Under the pieces are notes generated by a model. The model was not told the DNA's origin, made no database searches, and was given only the letters and a program-made list of their open reading frames with translations. 33,306 nucleotides of DNA from positions 1 to 33,306 of IMG/VR virus record IMGVR_UViG_3300030376_000340. One strand, given 5' to 3'. Positions 18,349 through 26,369 of the stretch are shown here, piece after piece. The DNA is from a virus (Duplodnaviria; Caudoviricetes). The translations under genes and the position numbers were made by a program. The number at the start of each line of letters is the position of its first letter. Position 1 is the first letter of the stretch.

Positions 18349-18411
18349 ACTGCTGGTGATAGGAGGTATCACCGAATCCGACATTTTGACTTTTTTAAAA
18401 AGGAGAAACAA

Positions 18412-18642
18412 ATGACTAGACTACCACTACCACAAGATAGCTTCACACAAGATGAACTAGATAGATTTGATGTTATCTATACAAAATACTATGAGCATTG
18501 TAATAATTATCAAGACTTAGAAAACAAATGTGTAGAGCATATGCTACATGATGGAATGAAACTAATCTATACACAAGAAGTCAGAGAGATGGTTAGAGAA
18601 AGGTTTGATTATGATCTCAACAGAGAACCAAACATTCAGTAA
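18412..18642 (+). CDS. Hypothetical protein
   Basis: 76 aa, AAGGAG RBS. Confidence 0.75.
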   Translation: MTRLPLPQDSFTQDELDRFDVIYTKYYEHCNNYQDLENKCVEHMLHDGMKLIYTQEVREMVRERFDYDLNREPNIQ

Positions 18643-18823
18643 GTGTATCAGATGTCTAGGACTTGGATTAATAATAGATTGGAATAATCCAGAGAGTTCA
18701 GATGAATGTGATATGTGTAATGGAACAGGAGGTACTAATGAATACAGAAGGATTAAAAATATTAAAGGCAAGATTGTGGGATCAAAGACTAACCACAAGA
18801 GATGCAATAAAATATCACGGTGA
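18611..18823 (+). CDS. Small DnaJ-type zinc-finger protein
   Basis: Two CxxCxGxG motifs (CIRCLGLG, CDMCNGTG); ATG at 18611. Confidence 0.6.
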   Translation: MISTENQTFSKCIRCLGLGLIIDWNNPESSDECDMCNGTGGTNEYRRIKNIKGKIVGSKTNHKRCNKISR

Positions 18824-18977
18824 ATCAACTGCACTTAGTCAGTTAGATGATTTGTTTCTAATAGAAAATGAAATATTAGAGGAGTTTGAATCACTCAGAG
18901 ATAAACTAACTAAGGACATCAAGACTGTAGAAGATTGGCTTAAACAGTTAAATGAGTTTAGATTTGAAACCAGATAG
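18738..18977 (+). CDS. Hypothetical coiled-coil protein
   Basis: AGGAGGT RBS before ATG 18738 (MNTEGLK...). Confidence 0.7.
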   Translation: MNTEGLKILKARLWDQRLTTRDAIKYHGESTALSQLDDLFLIENEILEEFESLRDKLTKDIKTVEDWLKQLNEFRFETR

Positions 18978-18987
18978 GAGGTAAATC

Positions 18988-19293
18988 ATGCGAAGCATAA
19001 GACCAGGACATTACCAAGCAACTATATCTTATGGTCAAGATCAAGTGATCGTAGTTAATATTGTTAAGATAAAGTCTAACTTTCAACACAGTATTACTAA
19101 ATGGAGATTGACTGTTGATGATAGTGTACTAGGTCCACAACATAAAACTGATTGGGATACCAAACAGATGGCTATGGAAACAGGAAGAAAAGAAGTAGAG
19201 AACCTTATGTTCAAAGCTTTAGAACTGAGGATTATCAAGGGTTTTCAGTTACCCAAAAATTATTATGGAAAGGAAAAACTACATGAAGTGTAA
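18988..19293 (+). CDS. Hypothetical protein
   Basis: 101 aa, AGGAGGT RBS. Confidence 0.75.
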   Translation: MRSIRPGHYQATISYGQDQVIVVNIVKIKSNFQHSITKWRLTVDDSVLGPQHKTDWDTKQMAMETGRKEVENLMFKALELRIIKGFQLPKNYYGKEKLHEV

Positions 19294-19492
19294 TGCAGAA
19301 ACATTTAAAGATCTAATGTGTAAGGTAAATAGAATATCACCAGGTGCAGAGGTAAAGTTTGCATCAAAAGTATATCATGGAACTAGAGAAGAAGGTGAGT
19401 TCAAAGAACATGAGTTCAAAAAAATAAATAGTATTCTAATTGAGTTTGAAACTTACTCAGGTAGAGATGAGATAATTATAACAGTTGAATAG
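19265..19492 (+). CDS. Hypothetical protein
   Basis: 75-aa ORF; start may be the second Met, which follows AAGGA. Confidence 0.6.
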   Translation: MERKNYMKCNAETFKDLMCKVNRISPGAEVKFASKVYHGTREEGEFKEHEFKKINSILIEFETYSGRDEIIITVE

Positions 19493-19493
19493 T

Positions 19494-19664
19494 ATGAAAA
19501 ACTATAGAGTTGTATTATCTTGGAATGTACAAAAAACTTATTTTGTGAATGCAAAAGATAGTGAAGAAGCAAATGACAAAGCAATACATGGTGGAGGACT
19601 TGATGAAAGTTATGATTCATATGAGTTTGATGACTATATTGAAACAGTAGAGGAGGATGAATAA
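19494..19664 (+). CDS. 56-aa acidic protein with 'V.A.DSEEA..KA' motif (DpnD/PcfM-like pattern)
   Basis: Hand-translated MKNYRVVLSWNVQKTYFVNAKDSEEANDKAI...EEDE; TAATG overlap with the next gene. Confidence 0.65.
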   Translation: MKNYRVVLSWNVQKTYFVNAKDSEEANDKAIHGGGLDESYDSYEFDDYIETVEEDE

Positions 19665-20458
19665 TGCTACCAACAGAACTAATGTTTGAGGTTCGTGAAG
19701 AACCTGTATACAACCAACATGGCTCAAGGCTAGATGGCTACAAGCAGTTGGTTAAAGATGATAACAACGAACTGATTGCAGTTCATAAGAATACATATCG
19801 AGTTATATCACATGACAAAGCACATATAGAAGCACTTGATTTTCTACATGAAAACTTTGATACAAATGGTATGACTGAGCAACATAAGTGGTCTAATCGT
19901 GGTGCTGTTATGGCTACCAGATTTACTTTACCAGAGTATCAAATACCATTCAAAGATACATCCATTGGTCTAGAAGCTGTAGTGTGGAACAGCTATAATG
20001 GTATGCGTTCATTCAGATTTGATCTAGGTTTCTACCTATTTCTATGTCTTAATGGACTAAAGAATTCAGTATGGGATATCAGTTTGAATACAGCACACAA
20101 AGGTAGTAATGAAATTAAACTAAAATTACCTGGTTTGTATTCCGCTATGGATGGACTACATACTGTACATAACTGCATGGAAAACTGGATTGCAGAAGAT
20201 GTAAACTATGGTGAGTTCAGTTATGAAGTAGATAAGCTATGCTTACAACCTACAAGGAATGATAAAAGCCATGTAAATCAACAACATAAAAGGTACATAC
20301 AAGATCAATATGATCAGAACTATGCTAAAGAATTTGGTGAAAACAAGTTTAGTGCATACCAAGCTATCACACATTGGAGTACACACTACCCAAGTGATTC
20401 AGTTAATACTAGATATGATCGTGAAAGAAAGGTTGCAAACTGTCAGTGGTTTCACTAA
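19664..20458 (+). CDS. DUF932-family phage protein
   Basis: 'Y.VISH', 'NSYNG', 'CLNG', 'H' and 'AYQAITHWSTH' motifs; GAGGAGG RBS. Confidence 0.75.
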   Translation: MLPTELMFEVREEPVYNQHGSRLDGYKQLVKDDNNELIAVHKNTYRVISHDKAHIEALDFLHENFDTNGMTEQHKWSNRGAVMATRFTLPEYQIPFKDTSIGLEAVVWNSYNGMRSFRFDLGFYLFLCLNGLKNSVWDISLNTAHKGSNEIKLKLPGLYSAMDGLHTVHNCMENWIAEDVNYGEFSYEVDKLCLQPTRNDKSHVNQQHKRYIQDQYDQNYAKEFGENKFSAYQAITHWSTHYPSDSVNTRYDRERKVANCQWFH

Positions 20459-20467
20459 AACAGAATA

Positions 20468-20521
20468 GAGGGCAATCAAACTTCATAGTATATGATCTCC
20501 TTCCTCCGCATGGTTGCCCTC
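20468..20521 (+). ncRNA. Hairpin with an anti-Shine-Dalgarno loop (candidate antisense sRNA)
   Basis: Stem GAGGGCAATC/GGTTGCCCTC; loop contains ATGATCTCCTTCCTCC. Confidence 0.5.
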
Positions 20522-20535
20522 AATACATAAACATT

Positions 20536-20697
20536 ATGGGAAAAAAAAGAGGTGTAGTACCTAAACATATGCTAGTATTAGAAAGATGTTTAGTCTGTAA
20601 TAAAAAATGGACTAAAGCTATGATGATAGACTACAGAGAATACACATGTATAAAGTGTTACAACAGGAGGAGTAATGAAAAAAATAAACCCCATTGA
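20536..20697 (+). CDS. Small zinc-finger protein
   Basis: CLVC...CIKC; likely ATG at 20536. Confidence 0.6.
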   Translation: MGKKRGVVPKHMLVLERCLVCNKKWTKAMMIDYREYTCIKCYNRRSNEKNKPH

Positions 20698-20890
20698 TCC
20701 AGGCTATTATATTGGACCAGCGATTCAAGTTATAGATGTTATAGAACAATTTAAATTAAATCATCACGAAGCAAACATTATCAAGTATGTAATAAGAAAC
20801 AGACATAAGTACCCTGATAAACCAACACAAGATTTAAAGAAAGCTCGTTGGTATATAGATAGGTTAATAAATCAATATGAAAGTAAATGA
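20675..20890 (+). CDS. DUF3310 (SaV-like) protein
   Basis: 'IDP.YY...IQVID.I...NIIKY..R...K...QDLKKARWYI'. Confidence 0.85.
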   Translation: MKKINPIDPGYYIGPAIQVIDVIEQFKLNHHEANIIKYVIRNRHKYPDKPTQDLKKARWYIDRLINQYESK

Positions 20891-21203
20891 TCTAGTCAAA
20901 GGGTTTGTAAGAGATAAAAGATTAAAACCAAATAAAAAACAAAAGTATAATCTTGCAGATCCAGTACAAAGAAAAAGATGGTGGATAAAAAAAGTATGTT
21001 ATTTAGCTAGAGTTTGGTTTGATCGTGAGATAGAATACAAACTAAGAGTAGGTTTAATAGACGGAGATCCATCTGCTAAGAGATTAGCTGATGCACTATG
21101 GAAGAAAAAAACTGATATTGAAAACATTGTAGAGAGGAAGGTCAATGAATATAAACAATCAAAAGAAAGTTATAGACAGAAGCTCAGGGATCGGAGGGAG
21201 TGA
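20877..21203 (+). CDS. Basic hypothetical protein
   Basis: 108-aa ORF overlapping both neighbours. Confidence 0.6.
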   Translation: MKVNDLVKGFVRDKRLKPNKKQKYNLADPVQRKRWWIKKVCYLARVWFDREIEYKLRVGLIDGDPSAKRLADALWKKKTDIENIVERKVNEYKQSKESYRQKLRDRRE

Positions 21204-21738
21204 TGCTACTTATCTAGCAGCTGGTAAGTGGAAAGATTTATATAATATCAAGAAAGGTTTAGTTGAAGATGACTTAACATTTGTACTACCAGTACAGTTA
21301 GGTATATACACCGAAGCATTTAATAGAGAATGGTTCACAGCTAATTTAGATTTCCCAGTACAAGAGATAGACCATACACTAGTACATAAAGACTATCCAT
21401 TTATGTTAGCTAATGTAGATGGTTTTGTATTGAATCAAGATCTAAAAACTATGGGTATCTTTGAAGCTAAACATACAAACATGATGACTAAAGAAGATAC
21501 AATCATTGAGAAATATTATGCTCAAGTACAGCATTACATGATGGTAGCTAACAAAACTAAAGCATGGTTATCAGTAATATTTGGTAATGTGAGATGGAAA
21601 GCATTTGTAATTTCACAAGACAAAAAGTTTCAGAAGAAACTATTAAATGCAGAGCATCAGTTCTGGACAATACATATAGAAAAAGATGTACCACCTGATG
21701 ACTATGTAGATTTTCAATCTATTGAGGAGGTAATATAA
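21145..21738 (+). CDS. YqaJ-like (lambda Exo family) exonuclease
   Basis: 'IGGSDA', 'MLANVDG', 'FEAK' and 'YAQVQHYM' motifs. Confidence 0.92.
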   Translation: MNINNQKKVIDRSSGIGGSDATYLAAGKWKDLYNIKKGLVEDDLTFVLPVQLGIYTEAFNREWFTANLDFPVQEIDHTLVHKDYPFMLANVDGFVLNQDLKTMGIFEAKHTNMMTKEDTIIEKYYAQVQHYMMVANKTKAWLSVIFGNVRWKAFVISQDKKFQKKLLNAEHQFWTIHIEKDVPPDDYVDFQSIEEVI

Positions 21739-22263
21739 ATGGATGAAAGTAAAAATACTAAGAGTAAAGATATTAATCTTAAAGACAAAACTTTGGATAT
21801 ATGGAATCAGGCTAAAGAAACTGATCCAAGATTCACTAAGAAGGTATCCTTTGGAGCTAGGAGTTTTACTTCTATTGATGCTCACTATCAGATCAGACGA
21901 GCTACAGAGATCTTCGGACCAGTTGGTGCTGGTTGGGGATATAGTGTCAAGTACGATACTCTAACACATGACAACAAAGCATTTCAATTTGCTGATGTAG
22001 TTATATGGATAAGTAAACCAGAGATGGCATACGGACCAGTAAGAGGTTGTAACTTATTAGTAGATGGTAAAGGTAGAGTAGATGATGATGCACCAAAGAA
22101 AGCATTAACAGATGCACTAACAAAAGCACTATCACATTTAGGATTCAATGCTGATGTATTCATGGGTATGTTTGATTCAAACAAATATGTGAAACAGCTT
22201 GAAGAAAAATACAAGGGTAATGTAGATAAATCAAAAGTACAGGAGGTAACAACTAATGATTAA
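21739..22263 (+). CDS. Rad52/Sak-like single-strand annealing protein
   Basis: 'IDA.YQI.RATEIFGP.G.GW' and 'KKALTDALTKA...LGF.ADV'; located between exonuclease and SSB. Confidence 0.75.
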   Translation: MDESKNTKSKDINLKDKTLDIWNQAKETDPRFTKKVSFGARSFTSIDAHYQIRRATEIFGPVGAGWGYSVKYDTLTHDNKAFQFADVVIWISKPEMAYGPVRGCNLLVDGKGRVDDDAPKKALTDALTKALSHLGFNADVFMGMFDSNKYVKQLEEKYKGNVDKSKVQEVTTND

Positions 22264-22666
22264 TAAAGTAATACTTGTAGGCAGAACTGGTACAGATCCA
22301 GAAATTAAAACTATCAAGTCAGGTGAGATGGCTATTATGTCTATCGCTACAACTGAGAAAGTAACAGATAAAGAAACTCAACAAAAGAAAGATAAAACTA
22401 CTTGGCATAAAGTAGTAACATTTGATCCTAATCTTTCTAAGACTATCAAAGATTATGTAACTAAAGGTACTCTATTATATCTAGAAGGTCAGATAGATGT
22501 ATCACAATACACTGATAGTAGTGGTAATAAGAAATATAATACATCAATTCTAATACCAAGATTCTCTGGTGTTATGAAGATGTTAGGTGGTAAGAATGAT
22601 AAGTCTGTAGAATCAGTCAATCATGATGCCTTACCAGATGATGATATTCCTGACATACCATTTTAG
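22256..22666 (+). CDS. ssb: Single-stranded DNA-binding protein
   Basis: 'INKVILVGR.G.DPE', 'TTWH.V', acidic tail DDIPDIPF. Confidence 0.95.
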   Translation: MINKVILVGRTGTDPEIKTIKSGEMAIMSIATTEKVTDKETQQKKDKTTWHKVVTFDPNLSKTIKDYVTKGTLLYLEGQIDVSQYTDSSGNKKYNTSILIPRFSGVMKMLGGKNDKSVESVNHDALPDDDIPDIPF

Positions 22667-23100
22667 TTTCCATATGGAACTGTGTAGGAAAGACATAAGG
22701 TAGTAAGCGTAAAGCTAAAGCTGGTGGCTACACGCCTACACAGTAAAGTTTCGTGATACTGAATAGCTATCAGTATCGGCTGACTGAATAACGTCTATAC
22801 AGAGGCGTAAGGTACACTAGAGATGAAGTATGGGCAAATGCCTGAGATAATCAAAGGTGGTTGTAAGTAGGTAAATGATGAATGTATATCTGTAGCTGAA
22901 AGCATGAGGGTAATAACACTAATCCCTCGCCCTTGGCGAATTTAAGAACGATTAATACAGGCGTTATATCCTAGTTAAAGCGTGTGTTGGTCAGCTTCTG
23001 AAAGATTACTAGAGGCATCGAGTTGGAGCAAATATATGGTTGGTGAGAAAGGACGAAGCATAAGGTCATCCTGGAAAATCCATTAAATCATTCCAGGTAC
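22667..23100 (+). ncRNA. Candidate large structured non-coding RNA (~430 nt); strand inferred
   Basis: Largest ORF-free gap, GC-richer than its surroundings, many short and long-range helices with G-U pairs on the + strand. Confidence 0.65.
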
Positions 23101-23105
23101 ATGAA

Positions 23106-23140
23106 TTGACATGTTATAAACAAAGCCATATATATACTAC
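23106..23140 (+). promoter_or_regulatory. Putative sigma70 promoter giving a leaderless transcript
   Basis: TTGACA, N17, TATATA, N6, ATG(23141); no SD. Confidence 0.55.
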
Positions 23141-23362
23141 ATGGTATTAAAATCTCAGCTTGATGAACTAATAGAAACCTTAACTGATTATACTAGGTAT
23201 CTATCTCAGTTCGGATATGATGATGAAACAATCTTTTGTGCATATGCTGTTACTGCTATGTATCTAACAGGAGAAAAGAACTCTAAGAACATTGGTAAGT
23301 CTATAATGAAAAAGGTTAAGAGTATTAATGTTGTTGAGAGTACTGGTCATACAGTTCACTAG
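23141..23362 (+). CDS. Hypothetical protein
   Basis: 73 aa; converges on and overlaps the end of the late unit. Confidence 0.65.
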   Translation: MVLKSQLDELIETLTDYTRYLSQFGYDDETIFCAYAVTAMYLTGEKNSKNIGKSIMKKVKSINVVESTGHTVH

Positions 23363-23612
23363 CATATTCTAATGCATCAAAGTCATAGTAATCCCAGAAC
23401 TTAAACTCTGGTTTATACTTACCCCATGTTAGTTCTGAATGATGTTCAAAACATAATGGTACTACAAGATAATTAGATCTTTTAAATTGTACTTGTGAAC
23501 CTCGTAAGTGGTGAACATTCATAGGAGTGTTTGATGTACATCCAGGTACACAACATCCATGTTCAATTATTTTATTAAAATATTTTTTATCTTTAGATGT
23601 ATATCTGCCCAT
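23325..23612 (-). CDS. HNH-like nuclease (Ref/DUF968-like)
   Basis: 'GCCVPGC...VHHLRG...VVPLCFEHH'. Confidence 0.7.
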   Translation of the reverse strand: MGRYTSKDKKYFNKIIEHGCCVPGCTSNTPMNVHHLRGSQVQFKRSNYLVVPLCFEHHSELTWGKYKPEFKFWDYYDFDALEYASELYDQYSQQH

Positions 23613-24294
23613 CCCAAGAACCATCCTTCCTTAATAACATTGGTATTAAGTATGGTACACCATTAATGATACAACCACAAGATAGTATTGGTTTAGCTAC
23701 ATTGATTTTCATGTATGCCATAGCTAATGATTGTTTGTTTACAAGACAACCTACTGACATACCCCAGTTTAAATGAAAGTCATTACCAACATACTCTATA
23801 TTTGACTGCGTGTGGTAATGCCCTTGACATACCGAAGCAGACATTAGTTGTACTGACTTAACAATATTCTTAGATACTTGATGTGCAAAGTATATCCTAC
23901 CGAGTGTGTTAGTTTCCCAATGAAACTCTTTCCACTGCCATCGAGATGACACATCTAGTATTTCATTATAATCTTTTAAGAAGAACTTAGACATTCCTTT
24001 AGCCATGGCTCTGCGTAATACCATAGATCCATGATTAGATTCTAATAAGATCATATCAGGGTACATCTTCTCTAACTTCTTAATCCAAAACTTGCCAACT
24101 TCTAGTTCATCAGCTGCGGAAGGTAGGTCTGGATTAATAACATGGCTTACATTGATGCTATGCCAATCCATCTCATCACCGATATTGATTACCTTATCCC
24201 AGTTATATCTGTTTTTTAATTTATTTAGAAAGCGAAAGCTGTCAGGATGGTGATATGGTATATGAAGGTCAGAAATGACCAAAATCTTATCCAT
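23593..24294 (-). CDS. Calcineurin-like metallophosphoesterase
   Basis: DLH, GDEMD, SNH, H and GHYH motifs; likely start MDKILVISDLH at 24294. Confidence 0.85.
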   Translation of the reverse strand: MDKILVISDLHIPYHHPDSFRFLNKLKNRYNWDKVINIGDEMDWHSINVSHVINPDLPSAADELEVGKFWIKKLEKMYPDMILLESNHGSMVLRRAMAKGMSKFFLKDYNEILDVSSRWQWKEFHWETNTLGRIYFAHQVSKNIVKSVQLMSASVCQGHYHTQSNIEYVGNDFHLNWGMSVGCLVNKQSLAMAYMKINVAKPILSCGCIINGVPYLIPMLLRKDGSWDGQIYI

Positions 24295-24346
24295 TTTTCC
24301 CGTTTTAAGGACTGTGGGTGGGGTACTTAACTTCTTCTTGTATGAT

Positions 24347-24727
24347 CTACTTGTCTTTTTTAAATCTGTCTGCGATTTTTTCACCTGATCTACCAATAGT
24401 ATATCCTCCTATACCAACTAAGATAATATTGAGTAAAGAATTTTGTACAGATTCTGGAATATTGGGTGCAGTAAAACCGAACCAATGAGCTACCATCAAA
24501 CCAGCAAAGACTAACATCATAATTGGTCGCCAGTTTCTCTGTAGAAATCCACCTTGTGCTTCTGTTTGTATAATTTTAGCAGCACCTTCTAGTTCTGCTA
24601 GTTCACCAGATATAATCTTCTCCTGGACTTTAGCTTTTAGTTTGTCTGCCTCTCCTTTATTGTCTACTACTTTGTCTATGGTTTTGAATACAGCACCAGC
24701 AACTGGTCCTAATAAATTAAGCAACAT
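24347..24727 (-). CDS. Holin (GTA-type 3TM family)
   Basis: 'NWRP', two hydrophobic segments and 'GGY..GRS.EK'; next to the lysozyme. Confidence 0.85.
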   Translation of the reverse strand: MLLNLLGPVAGAVFKTIDKVVDNKGEADKLKAKVQEKIISGELAELEGAAKIIQTEAQGGFLQRNWRPIMMLVFAGLMVAHWFGFTAPNIPESVQNSLLNIILVGIGGYTIGRSGEKIADRFKKDK

Positions 24728-25142
24728 CTATCTCCCTCATTGTTAATGCTAGTTCGGATGCTCTATTTGGTGTTTGACGATACCAAAGAGAATCAATCAT
24801 TTCATCTGAGGCATCAGTATACCTAGCTTCTTTAAGTGCAGATAGCATACCTTTAAATTTAGATACACCACCTTCACCCATTTGATAAACCATTTCTATT
24901 ACTACTTCTTTAGCAGTAGTATCTATATCATAATCACCAACTATATTGTCAGCACCTTCACAAGCAGTTTGGAAATCTTGTTCAAATAATATATCCCATC
25001 CTTCTCTTGTAGTAGGTATATCTTCACCTTCAATTATTTTATGACCATACCCACCAGTATCGAATCCTTCACTACATTTATAAACATCTAGTCTATAACC
25101 TTCATGTTCTTTAATTCTTTCTTTTAGTTCTTCAAATGGCAT
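24717..25142 (-). CDS. Endolysin, T4-like lysozyme (GH24)
   Basis: 'HEG.RL..Y.CS.G..T.GYGH', 'M.YQMG..GV.KF' and 'DS.WY.QTP.RA'. Confidence 0.9.
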   Translation of the reverse strand: MPFEELKERIKEHEGYRLDVYKCSEGFDTGGYGHKIIEGEDIPTTREGWDILFEQDFQTACEGADNIVGDYDIDTTAKEVVIEMVYQMGEGGVSKFKGMLSALKEARYTDASDEMIDSLWYRQTPNRASELALTMREIDVA

Positions 25143-25338
25143 TATAATCTTTCTGTGTACAAAATCCTGATATGTACAAATCTTTATTATTTCTTAAACT
25201 GTATCTAAAGTTATCCACATATGCAAGGCAATCTGACACAGTTTCATAAGGCTCATATATAGGTTCTAATACACAACTTTGATCTAATGGTGAGTTAAGA
25301 GATTGAACACAAAATATAATTACTAAATAAAACTTCAC
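25132..25338 (-). CDS. Small Cys-containing protein
   Basis: 68 aa, hydrophobic N-terminus, 4 Cys. Confidence 0.6.
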   Translation of the reverse strand: MKFYLVIIFCVQSLNSPLDQSCVLEPIYEPYETVSDCLAYVDNFRYSLRNNKDLYISGFCTQKDYNAI

Positions 25339-25529
25339 TTTATTTGTGTCATTATAATGGCTAGTAGGTTAGAAAATACTAGGAATCCAACAGACCACAT
25401 GACTTTCTTAATCATAGATATATCAGATTCAATATGTTTGAGATGATTATTTTTAATAACTTCGATATCCTTCTTAATTAATAGGATATCTTTATCTAAT
25501 TTATTTATTTTCTCCGACTGACTGACCAT
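25335..25529 (-). CDS. Small coiled-coil protein with C-terminal TM (XhlA-like architecture)
   Basis: 'IKNNHLKHIE.D' followed by a TM helix. Confidence 0.65.
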   Translation of the reverse strand: MVSQSEKINKLDKDILLIKKDIEVIKNNHLKHIESDISMIKKVMWSVGFLVFSNLLAIIMTQIK

Positions 25530-25758
25530 GTTGTATGTCCTTTATTTTTTCAGTAACATTCATAGCTTTGAATTTATTTAATTCATTAGTTATGTGCATA
25601 TTCATTTCATCTTCTTCAGTTAGTCTTAGTATCTTTTTTGTAAGATACGATATAAAAATTTCTTGTTCATCAATAATCTTTTGTAGTTTATTGCTTTGTC
25701 TTTTATTAGACCTGGCTTCTTTACGCCATTTATTTATTTCTGTTTCTGATTCAGTCAT
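25501..25758 (-). CDS. Hypothetical coiled-coil protein
   Basis: 85 aa, TAATG-coupled. Confidence 0.55.
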   Translation of the reverse strand: MTESETEINKWRKEARSNKRQSNKLQKIIDEQEIFISYLTKKILRLTEEDEMNMHITNELNKFKAMNVTEKIKDIQHGQSVGENK

Positions 25759-25976
25759 TAGTTTACTTTACTCATTGATCTAATAAATTCAACACCTTCT
25801 ATATTTTCTATCTGTGCTTCTACTTTAACACAAGATACTCTTGCAGTATCAGATTGCATATTGCGTTCAATGATTCTTTTCTTTTCAAGACAATCTTTAA
25901 CACCATCAGTAACAGTATGTTCAATCATAGTTCCACCAGAAAACAATAATAATGCTATAATTACTTTAGTTACCAT
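25758..25976 (-). CDS. Small protein with hydrophobic N-terminus and 2 Cys
   Basis: 72 aa, overlaps the upstream gene. Confidence 0.65.
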   Translation of the reverse strand: MVTKVIIALLLFSGGTMIEHTVTDGVKDCLEKKRIIERNMQSDTARVSCVKVEAQIENIEGVEFIRSMSKVN

Positions 25977-26331
25977 ATCCGTTTGCTCTTACTTTGTCTT
26001 TTAGTTCTTCTATATCTTCTAATGCTTTTTCCATATCAGCTTGTAATCTCATAATGTTTACTTTGTTATGTGCCATGTTTTCTAAATCTTCTGACATACC
26101 TTCTACTTGTTCTGATACAAATTCTAATAGCATAAACTGTTCCTGATCTATAGGAGTTTGATCTGCGTTTTTTACCAGATCAGCTTCAAATAGAGTAGCT
26201 CTAGTTTCTATATTATTTAGTCTTTCAATAACACCAAAATATGCCCATACAGCAGTTGCAGTAACTGCTAACAAACCTAATAGATTTTTAAGAGGTAAGC
26301 CTATTTCAGTTTTATCTGAAAGACTAGGCAT
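25966..26331 (-). CDS. Single-TM coiled-coil protein
   Basis: 121 aa; N-terminal TM followed by a heptad-rich region. Confidence 0.7.
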   Translation of the reverse strand: MPSLSDKTEIGLPLKNLLGLLAVTATAVWAYFGVIERLNNIETRATLFEADLVKNADQTPIDQEQFMLLEFVSEQVEGMSEDLENMAHNKVNIMRLQADMEKALEDIEELKDKVRANGYGN

Positions 26332-26369
26332 TACTTACAAATACATTCGCCATTACAGTATTCACACAT
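26331..26369 (-). CDS. 12-aa Cys micropeptide MCEYCNGECICK
   Basis: AAGGAG RBS 6 nt upstream; stop overlaps the next start (TAATG). Confidence 0.6.
   Translation of the reverse strand: MCEYCNGECICK

Noticed and set aside
22667-23100. tRNA, tmRNA, RNase P RNA, group I/II intron or CRISPR interpretation of the non-coding gap
   Set aside because: No cloverleaf/T-loop, RNase P core signature, interrupted host gene or repeat-spacer pattern recognised by eye; an Infernal search is needed for certainty
24295-24396. N-terminal extension of the metallophosphoesterase ORF
   Set aside because: Overlaps the holin 3' end; the domain begins at MDKILVISDLH (24294)
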